Positions 18,826 through 27,100 of a DNA stretch of 59,896 nt are shown here, piece by piece; the stretch's first letter is position 1, and each line of letters starts with the position of its first letter. The stretch spans positions 1 to 59,896 of the forward strand of contig CAJPUK010000001.1 in the NCBI GenBank assembly GCA_905373785.1, written 5' to 3'. The notes under the pieces were generated by a model. It was not told where the DNA came from. It saw only the letters and a list, made by a program, of their open reading frames with translations, and ran no database searches. This stretch comes from an uncultured Johnsonella sp. GTDB lineage: Bacteria; Bacillota; Clostridia; Lachnospirales; Lachnospiraceae. A program made the translations under genes and the position numbers.

Positions 18826-19518
18826 TTACTTTCTTAAGAACTTAAGCTGTCTTTGCCTTTGTTTATTAAAAATAGTCTTGCTGTTTCTTTTTAATTTCTT
18901 CTCCATGCCTTCAAGCAAAGCCACTCTTCTTTGCAAATCTTCAATATTGTCCTCCATATTGAAAAGATCGCATTGTACACCTTTTTTCTCCACTGCAACT
19001 CCGGCTATCTTTACCGGCTTTGCGGGCACCCCTGCTGCCGTTATATCATTGGCAAGGGGCTTTAGGAGCACTGCATTGGCAGCTATGGTACAATTATCTC
19101 CGACTTCAAACGAACCGAGTATCTTGGCTCCGGCACCCACTGTAACATTCTTTCCGAGTGTAGGATGTCTTTTACCTTTTTTCACACCCACACCGCCCAA
19201 AGTTACACCCTGGTATATGGTACAGCCGTCACCCACCACGGCAGTTTCTCCTATCACCACTCCGGCGCCGTGATCTATAAGTATTCCCCTGCCTATCTTA
19301 GCCCCCGGATGTATCTCTATGTGGGTTATAAATCTGGATATTTGAGATATCAACCTTGCTGTAAAAAAATGCTTTTTTCTATATAGTCTATGTGCAAATC
19401 TGTGAAATATAAGAGCATGCACTCCTTGATATAAAAGTAATACTTCAAGAAAATTTCTGGCAGCCGGATCCCTTTGCATTACAGCTTTTACATCATACTT
19501 TATCTCTTTGAATATCAT
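18826..19518 (-). CDS. cysE: Serine O-acetyltransferase
   Basis: RDPAA, IEIHPGAKIG, IDHG.GVVIGETA, KRHPTLG. Confidence 0.95.
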   Translation of the reverse strand: MIFKEIKYDVKAVMQRDPAARNFLEVLLLYQGVHALIFHRFAHRLYRKKHFFTARLISQISRFITHIEIHPGAKIGRGILIDHGAGVVIGETAVVGDGCTIYQGVTLGGVGVKKGKRHPTLGKNVTVGAGAKILGSFEVGDNCTIAANAVLLKPLANDITAAGVPAKPVKIAGVAVEKKGVQCDLFNMEDNIEDLQRRVALLEGMEKKLKRNSKTIFNKQRQRQLKFLRK

Positions 19519-19537
19519 AAAAACCTCTCTGATTTAG

Positions 19538-19570
19538 AAAAAGGGAGCTGTTGCAAGCAACAGCCCCTCT
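19538..19570 (-). terminator. Terminator hairpin sharing the GCTGTTGC/GCAACAGC core of the 93-bp element
   Basis: Minus strand AGAGGGGCTGTTGC-TT-GCAACAGCTCCCTTTTT. Confidence 0.75.
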
Positions 19571-19585
19571 ATTACTTTAATTTAT

Positions 19586-20797
19586 CTATTGTGCAGCCTC
19601 AGTACTTTGTGCTTCGGCACTTGCATCTTCGGCATTTGACTCCGCCTCACTTGCAGGTTCCGGAGCAACTGCTGTGGTCTCAGCCGGTTTAATAGTCTTA
19701 ACCGCATTATCTGTTAAGAACTTTTCAACCTTTATAGACTTAACACTTTCATCTATAAATTCCTGACCGTATTGTAATACAAGATCATTCTTCTTCATTC
19801 CGCTAAGCTCTTCAAGTTTTGCATAATCCGCATCTTCCAAAGCCATATTCTCTTTTTCGAAAATTGCATCTATAACAAGTTTTTGCTTTGCTCTGTTCTC
19901 TGCACTTTCTTTTAATTTAGCATTGAACTCTTCCTCGGTCATATTACTGAGCTCTGCGAATTTCTTCATATCCATACCGTAGGATGTAGCCATTTGCTCA
20001 TATTGCTTTTTAATATCTTCAAGCTCTTTATTTACTCCGTCATCACTAAGCTCAAAGGTTGAATTCTCTATAACCTTGCTCAAAGCTGCAAGTTGTGCCT
20101 CTGTATCTGAAGATTCTTTTTTATACTTTGAAATCTCCGCCTTTATAGCATCTCTAAACTCTGCTGTAGTTTTTTGCTGACCCTGTGTTACCCTTTCGAC
20201 AAAGGCATCATTGAACTCTGCAGGTGTCTCCTTGTATATCTCATTAACGGTTACTGTAAATACTGTAGCCTTGCCTGCCAAATCAGGATTATTGTCATAA
20301 GGTGTAGGGAAAGTAAGATTAAGATCCCTGGTTTCTCCCTTGTTCATACCTATAATTTGCTCTTCAAAGCCGGGTATGAAACTTCCGCTGCCTATAGTAA
20401 GATCATAACCCTTTGCTGTGCCGCCCTCAAATGCCTTACCGTCAATTTTACCTTCAAAGTCTATATTAACCACATCTCCGTTCTCTACGGCTCTGCCTTC
20501 CACAGCTGTTTTATCCGGATTCATAGACACTGTAGACTGTATACGGGATTCCACCTCTTCATCGGTAACATTGGCATCGCTTACTTCAAGCTCCAAGCCC
20601 TTATACTCACCCAGAGTTACTTTTCCATAATCTGTATTATCGTATGACTTCCCGGCGCCTGAATCCTTATCCGATTTCTTACTTGATTCTTTATTTACAT
20701 CATTATTCTGTGCCTTGTTTGAGCAGGCAGTACTTGCAAACACTGCTAAAGCTGCAATACCACATACCGCTACAATATTTCTTATCTTCATTTTCAA
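19586..20797 (-). CDS. Lipoprotein trigger-factor paralogue (FKBP PPIase + C domain, no ribosome-binding domain)
   Basis: Signal peptide with STAC lipobox; GDVVNIDFEG, FEGG, FIPGFEEQIIG; no GFRxGxxP motif. Confidence 0.85.
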   Translation of the reverse strand: MKMKIRNIVAVCGIAALAVFASTACSNKAQNNDVNKESSKKSDKDSGAGKSYDNTDYGKVTLGEYKGLELEVSDANVTDEEVESRIQSTVSMNPDKTAVEGRAVENGDVVNIDFEGKIDGKAFEGGTAKGYDLTIGSGSFIPGFEEQIIGMNKGETRDLNLTFPTPYDNNPDLAGKATVFTVTVNEIYKETPAEFNDAFVERVTQGQQKTTAEFRDAIKAEISKYKKESSDTEAQLAALSKVIENSTFELSDDGVNKELEDIKKQYEQMATSYGMDMKKFAELSNMTEEEFNAKLKESAENRAKQKLVIDAIFEKENMALEDADYAKLEELSGMKKNDLVLQYGQEFIDESVKSIKVEKFLTDNAVKTIKPAETTAVAPEPASEAESNAEDASAEAQSTEAAQ

Positions 20798-20875
20798 TAT
20801 GTTCTCCTTAAATATAAAATTCCAAGAGGTACTTAAAAAATAAACACCTCTTAAGAGCTAAGATTATTCTTAGTT

Positions 20876-21038
20876 AATTAGGAAAGCACCGATTATTTGT
20901 CAACAGATGAACTAACAAACCGGACTTGCTACAGCCTGTAAAAACCGATAATAAAACCTATAGCCGGTTTTTACACAGCGTAAACCTCGGGCTGAGTAGT
21001 TTGTCTATCTACTTACCGTGCAGTACTTTCTCCTAATC
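20876..21038 (-). ncRNA. Putative ~163-nt rod-shaped structured RNA or palindromic element
   Basis: Nested stems GATTAGGA../..TCCTAATT, GTAGATAGAC/GTTCATCTGT, TGTAAAAACCG/CGGTTTTTACA; most mismatches resolve as G-U on the minus strand. Confidence 0.5.
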
Positions 21039-21051
21039 ACACTTTGTTTTA

Positions 21052-22440
21052 TTACGCATAAAATGCTTTAAATGCCTTGTATGCATTATACAAGTCTATT
21101 TTACTTGCCACCTCGCAAGGTGCATGCATAGCAAGTACCGGTATACCGAGATCCACCACATCTATATTGAGCATGGCAATAAACTGTGCCACTGTACCGC
21201 CGCCGCCTATATCAACGGCTCCAAGCTCGCCTATTTGCCAATGCACTCCCGCCTTATCCATTATGTCTATAACCTTTGCCATGAACTCCGCACTTGCATC
21301 CGAGGAGCTGTACTTGCCTCTTGCACCTGTATACTTGGTAAGCACACAGCCATGATTTAAGTAGCAGGAATTATTTGCCTCAAATACCGAATCAAAAGTA
21401 GGGTCATAGGCTGCATTGACATCTGAAGAAAGACAGGCGGAATTCTCACAAACCACCCTTACATCAGCCTTTTTATTAGTTGCAAGCATAGATATAAAGT
21501 CATATACAAAATTGGAATGTAATCCCGTATTGCCTACGGAACCTATCTCCTCCTTATCGGCAAGTACTGTAAGTGTGGTATACTCAGGCTTTTTGGTCTC
21601 TATCTCGGCTATAAGTGCCGGATAGGCACAGATCCTGTCATCCTGTCCGTAAGCTGCTATCAAAGAACGGTCAAAGCCCATATCTCTGGCTTTTAATGCA
21701 GGTACAAACTCTATCTCGGCTCTGGCAAAATCTCTTTCGGTAATACCGTATCTGTCATTTAAGAGTTTCATTGCATGCAGCTTTACCGCATCCTTTATGT
21801 CCGTATCATCCAAAGGCAGTGAAGCAACTATTATATTAAGCTCTTCGCCGTTAATGCCCTCGGCAAGCTTTCTCTCACCCTGTTTCATACCAAGGTGCGG
21901 AAGCAGGTCACTTATCATAAATACCGGATCGTCTTCAACCTCTCCTATATTTATCTCAACCTTTGTTCCGTCTTTTTTTACAACAACTCCATGCATGGCA
22001 AGAGGTATGGTAACCCATTGATACTTTCTGATACCTCCGTAATAATGTGTCTTGAAAAATGCCAATTCATTCTTCTCGTACAGAGGGTTGGGCTTAAGGT
22101 CAAGTCTGGGAGAGTCTATATGAGCGGCATTGATTCTAATGCCTTCATTTAAGTCCTTACTTCCGAAGGTAGCTGCCATTATAGCCTTACCTCTGTTGAT
22201 CTTATACACCTTATCTCCCGCCTTGTACTTTTTAGTTATATCAAATTCTTTATAACCTGCCTTAGTAAGCATCTCTTTGGCAAGAGCCACACATTCTCTT
22301 TCGGTTTTAGCTTTATTGAGAAATTCTTTATAAGCTGTTGAAAACTCATCCGACTTCTTGAATTCCTTCTTATCTTCCTTTGCTACATGCTTATACGAAA
22401 ATAACAACTCCTTAGATAATTTTTCCGTGTCCTTTGGCAT
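21052..22440 (-). CDS. apeA: M18-family aminopeptidase
   Basis: AHIDSPRLDLKP, HYYGGI, GQDDR, DKEEIGS, SSDV, MHAP.E. Confidence 0.92.
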   Translation of the reverse strand: MPKDTEKLSKELLFSYKHVAKEDKKEFKKSDEFSTAYKEFLNKAKTERECVALAKEMLTKAGYKEFDITKKYKAGDKVYKINRGKAIMAATFGSKDLNEGIRINAAHIDSPRLDLKPNPLYEKNELAFFKTHYYGGIRKYQWVTIPLAMHGVVVKKDGTKVEINIGEVEDDPVFMISDLLPHLGMKQGERKLAEGINGEELNIIVASLPLDDTDIKDAVKLHAMKLLNDRYGITERDFARAEIEFVPALKARDMGFDRSLIAAYGQDDRICAYPALIAEIETKKPEYTTLTVLADKEEIGSVGNTGLHSNFVYDFISMLATNKKADVRVVCENSACLSSDVNAAYDPTFDSVFEANNSCYLNHGCVLTKYTGARGKYSSSDASAEFMAKVIDIMDKAGVHWQIGELGAVDIGGGGTVAQFIAMLNIDVVDLGIPVLAMHAPCEVASKIDLYNAYKAFKAFYA

Positions 22441-22452
22441 AGTAAACTCCTT

Positions 22453-23160
22453 TTAGTCAAGTTTGATATTTTTAAACAGGCTTGCCAGACTCATGCCTAC
22501 AGAAGATTTTTCCTCGTATTTAAAGCCGTCAAAACCGGCTTTTTCTTCTTTTTGTCTTACTTCTTCCTCAAGTGCTTTTTTGGAAAGTGAGATCTTTCCG
22601 CCTTCATTAGCTATAACTTTGCACTTAACACTGTCTCCCTCTTTCAAAACTACTGAAGGATGCTTAATTCTGTTATGTGATATCTGAGAAATGTGTATAA
22701 GTCCGCTGACTCCGTCTCCAAGGTCAACAAAGGCACCGTAGTCACGTATGCTTTCAACCTTACCTTCTACTACATCTCCAACCTTCAGAGCTGCCGCCTT
22801 TTCTTTTCTTTCCTTGTCTCTTGCTTCTTTTTCAAGTTCTCTATGGCTAAGCACAAGTTTTTTCTTTTCTCTGTCAACGGTTATTATAACTACATCAAGG
22901 CTCTTTCCCTGATAGTCTTCAAGTTTTTCCACATAGCTTGTAGATAACTGACTTGCAGGTATGAATGCTCTGATTTCATCAACCAATGCAACACATCCAC
23001 CCTTGACGATTTCCGTTATTTTAACTCTGAGTACTTCTTTGTCTGCAAGCTGTTTTTCAAATACTTCCCACTTGCCGGCATCTTTGTCCTCGTAGTCTTT
23101 TATATTCTCCAAAGACTCATTGATCTCCTGTTCGAAGTCTTTCATACTTTCCTCTGCCAT
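22453..23160 (-). CDS. Two-S1-domain RNA-binding protein (short RpsA-like)
   Basis: RAFIPASQ and YGAFVDLGDGVSGLIHISQIS S1 motifs. Confidence 0.88.
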   Translation of the reverse strand: MAEESMKDFEQEINESLENIKDYEDKDAGKWEVFEKQLADKEVLRVKITEIVKGGCVALVDEIRAFIPASQLSTSYVEKLEDYQGKSLDVVIITVDREKKKLVLSHRELEKEARDKERKEKAAALKVGDVVEGKVESIRDYGAFVDLGDGVSGLIHISQISHNRIKHPSVVLKEGDSVKCKVIANEGGKISLSKKALEEEVRQKEEKAGFDGFKYEEKSSVGMSLASLFKNIKLD

Positions 23161-23384
23161 AAAAATCCCTCCTATATTTAAAATTTTTCAGAGAGTCCGC
23201 TACAGTTGGCATATCTGCATAGATTTCCTTTATAGAGCAAAGTACTTTCTGCAAGCCCCTCTTATATACATCTTTGTATTATAGCATAGAATATCCTTTG
23301 TAACCAGTACTTATAAGCAATCTTTATGAAAGTTTTGTGTATTTTATAATCGGCGACAACATAAACAATTGATTGGAAATACTG

Positions 23385-23777
23385 CTAATGTGTATGTTTT
23401 GCGGCACAATGTGAGCAGATACCGTAAAATATAAGTGAATGTGAGTCTGCAACTCCTACGCTTTCATCTACCAAACTATTGTCCACCCATGAATCTTTCG
23501 GCTCAAGGTCTGCTACATTGCCGCAGGACTTACACACAAAATGATAATGCTCATGAGTATTGTAATCATACCTTTCTATACCGTCTCCGCAACTTATCTT
23601 CAGTATCACTCCCATTTCAGTAAGGAGGTTTAAGTTTCTGTAGACCGTACCTAAACTTATCTTCGGATTATCTTTTCTCAGAGTCTGAAATACCAGATCC
23701 GCACTCGGGTGATCATGTCGGTTTTTCAAACATTCCACTATAGCTTCTCTTTGTTTACTGTACTTTAATTCTCTCAT
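23385..23777 (-). CDS. Fur-family regulator, PerR-like
   Basis: HPSA, ISLGTVYRNL, HYHFVCKSC, CSHC. Confidence 0.9.
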   Translation of the reverse strand: MRELKYSKQREAIVECLKNRHDHPSADLVFQTLRKDNPKISLGTVYRNLNLLTEMGVILKISCGDGIERYDYNTHEHYHFVCKSCGNVADLEPKDSWVDNSLVDESVGVADSHSLIFYGICSHCAAKHTH

Positions 23778-23801
23778 TTTTTTCCTCTTAGATTTAATTT
23801 T

Positions 23802-23851
23802 AATAATTATTCTTAATATTATATATTAAATAATTATTCCGGATATGTCAA
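23802..23851 (-). promoter_or_regulatory. Promoter with two Per/Fur-box-like palindromes (probable autoregulation)
   Basis: TTGACA(23851-23846)-17 bp-TAATAT; GAATAATTATT twice (23802-23812, 23829-23839). Confidence 0.6.
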
Positions 23852-23942
23852 GACTTTATAAGATTGGCAGAACTGCTGCAAACAGAGATTCTATCAAGGT
23901 TTATTTTATCAAATATAACTTTAATAACTGCATTTAAACGAG

Positions 23943-24028
23943 AAAAAGTAGCCCTAAGACTACTTATTCCCTGTTAGAGTGATATAGGAGTGCATAATGC
24001 ACGTGTGTAACTCAGTTTCCCTTGTTAC
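23943..24028 (-). ncRNA. Putative ~86-nt small RNA with anti-SD seed
   Basis: Own promoter upstream; 5' hairpin GUAAC..GUUAC; hairpin GUGCA-UUA-UGCAC; UCCUAUAUCACUCU linker; terminator AAGUAGUC-UUAG-GGCUACUU-UUU; no RBS-led ORF on this strand. Confidence 0.72.
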
Positions 24029-24034
24029 GACTAA

Positions 24035-24063
24035 ATCATACCATATATAAGTCTATATTGCAA
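24035..24063 (-). promoter_or_regulatory. SigA-type promoter of the putative sRNA
   Basis: TTGCAA-17 bp-TATGAT with TG extension. Confidence 0.75.
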
Positions 24064-24084
24064 GTCTTAAATTCTATTTTTTGC

Positions 24085-24133
24085 AAAAAAAGCCCGAAAC
24101 TTTTGCAAATCACGCTTAAGTCTCGGGCTTTTG
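24085..24133 (-). terminator. Terminator ending the surface-protein module 37103-24177
   Basis: AAAAGCCCGA...TCGGGCTTTTTT hairpin. Confidence 0.8.
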
Positions 24134-24176
24134 TTACAGCTATATAAATCAAGCTGCAGTATGTGGGTTTATTGCT

Positions 24177-27100
24177 TTATTGTATCCACTCTCCGTTTTC
24201 ATTTACCTTATATCCGTCGGGTGTGGAAGTACTTACATATAATGAGCCATATGGTTGATTATTACTTGCAGTATTTGACAGGTAATACCACTTGCCTCCA
24301 ATATTATACCAACCTACTACCATGGCACCGCTTTCGTCAAGATAGTACCATTTACCTGAAGTAGTGTCATAGTACCAACCTGTCAGCATTTCACCGTAAA
24401 AACCGTTATGAACTGTTGAAAGGAAGTACCACTTTCCGCCTGACTCAAACCAGCCGGCATCCATATCTCCGCCGGAGTTAAAGTGATACCATCCGGTCTT
24501 AGTTACTCCATTACTTGTATAGGCAAGTCTTGCCCAACCTGTTATCTTGGAACCTGAAGTTAAGTTAAAGTGCCAGATATGTCTTTGCTCGTCAACTAAT
24601 TGCCAGGTACCGTCGGTTCCTACCTTTATGCTCTTTCCGCTGTTGGTGGTCATAGCACCGCCACCGCCGGAGCCGCCGCCGGAACCGCCACTGCCGGAGC
24701 CGCCGCCCAAAAGTTCCATAAGCGTATTTCTAAGCTTGGTGTAAGCATTTCTAAGCTCCTCTTTGGAAGCCTTCCTCGGAGTTGACATATTGAGTACCTG
24801 ATTAGCCTCATCTATAGCATCCTGTATTCTTGCCTGAGTTCCGGGATTTGCACTTGCCGCTATGTTTGCAGCCTCAGTTATACCCTTTCTAAGCTCTCCG
24901 AATGCATCCTCTCTACTCTTCCTATCATTATCAAAGTAGATATATATTACACCGTCGGAATTTGCAATTTTTGTATCATCATATTCCACAAATTCCGTCC
25001 TGGAAGAAGACAGACCTCTGAAAATCCACGTAATACCGTTGATATCTATATCCGGTAAGGCTTTTTCTCTGTCAAGTTCCGCTTGGTACTTATCGGCATA
25101 ATCCGACAAGGACTTACCTCTTCTTACGAATACACCTATGTTGACACTTCCTTCTCTGGTACTCTTTATCCTTATGTTATAAGAAGGATGTTCAATATAT
25201 CCGAAAGTATACACACTTCCGTTTGTTATAGCGGTTTCAAATGAACCCGTATAATTAGCCTGTGTCCACTCGGCTTCATATGTACCGTTTAGCCTTGTAG
25301 CATTGGAAGCGGATGCCACCGACTCATAGAGTCTGTACTCTCTGTTACCCTGTGTCAGACTGCCGGTATTGAATGTAGCTCTTAGGGCATCTACATTGCC
25401 TGTGTAGGTTTCCCAGGCACTTCCGTTCCATACTTCCACTACAGCCTTTGCCTGCCATAAAGCGGTGTACGGTGTATCACCTTCTTGAGCTTGTATATCA
25501 TCCTTTATAGTATCGGGTACATTGGTATCTCTTACTATACGAAGTCTGTACTCACCCGGTGTGGTTATATTAGGAACTTCAACCGCTACTTTACCGTTTG
25601 ATTGGTCAAGTACAGGATTGCCTCCTGTTGATGAAGGAGGTGTGCCCGAATCCCAGGTTACTCCCGGTGCTGAGTAAACCGCCTGTACGGTTACATCATT
25701 ATTCGGCATGGTAAATGATATATAAGTACCTGTTATATTAGGATTTGTTATTCCTGTAGTAACAAAATTACCTGAGAAAATATTGTTGGTACTCATATCT
25801 ATACTTCTTAGTGTAATTTCCACAAGAGTACCCGGTTGTACACTGTTGAGCCTCTCAAGTTGTGCGGTTACCGAACTTCCGTCTAACTTCGCTACCTGAG
25901 GAAGCATACCGGAAGGAAGTATTAAACTAACCTTTCTCGGCATTACAAGCGGGGTTAGAGTTCCCGTATTGACTACAACACCCGCACTGTTAGGAGGTGC
26001 TGTAAGTGTATCTCCGCTTCTTCTCGGTACTACCGTATAGTTTACATTAGGATCAAGATCCGTAAATTCAACCTTGCCCGAAATCGGTGCTACATAATCG
26101 TAAACTTCATTTCCTGCGGCATCTACCAGTTTATATTCGGTGTCAGGTGCAACAGGAGTTATAATTATAGTTCTTCTTCCCGGATTATTCGGATCTTCTA
26201 TTACTGCCGGAGGGGTTGCGGTAGCCGGTACTGTAACATCGGGGCTTCCTGCCGATATATCGCTACCTGCAGCCGGTATAGGCTGTCCTACTGTTATACC
26301 TGCAGCTCCCGAAAGTGCTGTATGTACTCTATAAGTGTATCCCGGATTTATTCCGGTTCCGCTTATGTTACCGCCTGCAACCAAAGATGTACCCGGCACA
26401 TCAAGAACTACCCTGCCTGTTTGATCTGTTACTATGTATCTAAGATCCGTATCTATTGCAGAAGTAACTCTAAGTGAAGGTACTCCGCTTATAGGGTCAA
26501 CCACCGGTGTAACAGTCGGTACATTTACCGTACCTGTAGAAGGACTTACCGCATAAGCTTTGTAAGTTGCATTATTCACGAGAACCGAATCATTTCTCAT
26601 CTCCTGACTGTTCTCATCAAACCACTTAACAGTCTTACCTGCAGGTGCTGTAACGGCATTTTGCAGATCTGTCGTATTCACATCGCTCCACTTAAGTATC
26701 CTTGGAAGACCACCCTGTTTATTAACCAACTTTACAGATGTGGTTAAACCGTTATCAGTCAAGCTGCTGTCTGCAATCTGGAATCTGAAAGTTGACCACT
26801 GGTCGGGATCCTCTGCAAACCTCGCCTTAAACTTAACCAAGTCAGGTGTCGGAGGAACACTCGGAGTCGGATCCGGTAAAGTATAAGTTCCCGGTACGGT
26901 TATATCTACATAACCGTTGCCGTCCTTTTTATCAAGCTGCCAGCTCACAAACTTATATCCGTCGTCAGCTACCGGTGTAGGAAGCTTACCTGACGGTATA
27001 ACCAAATCATAGGTTCTCGGAGAGGCAATCTTATTTTGTTTTATAAAGCTTACCTGATGTGCAATATTGCTTGCATCATACTCCGTATTTCCTACCATGA

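Noticed and set aside
24020..24032. 13-nt identity to the conserved 16S rRNA 3' region (AGTCGTAACAAGG) followed by an anti-SD-like CACTCCT
   Set aside because: The intervening sequence does not resemble helix 45 and part of the match lies upstream of the predicted TSS; not an rRNA fragment, probably coincidence
23997..24050. Plus-strand 17-aa ORF MHVCNSVSLVTTKSYHI with AGGAG RBS, as a type I toxin
   Set aside because: Not hydrophobic or cationic like type I toxins; the promoter and terminator are oriented for the opposite strand
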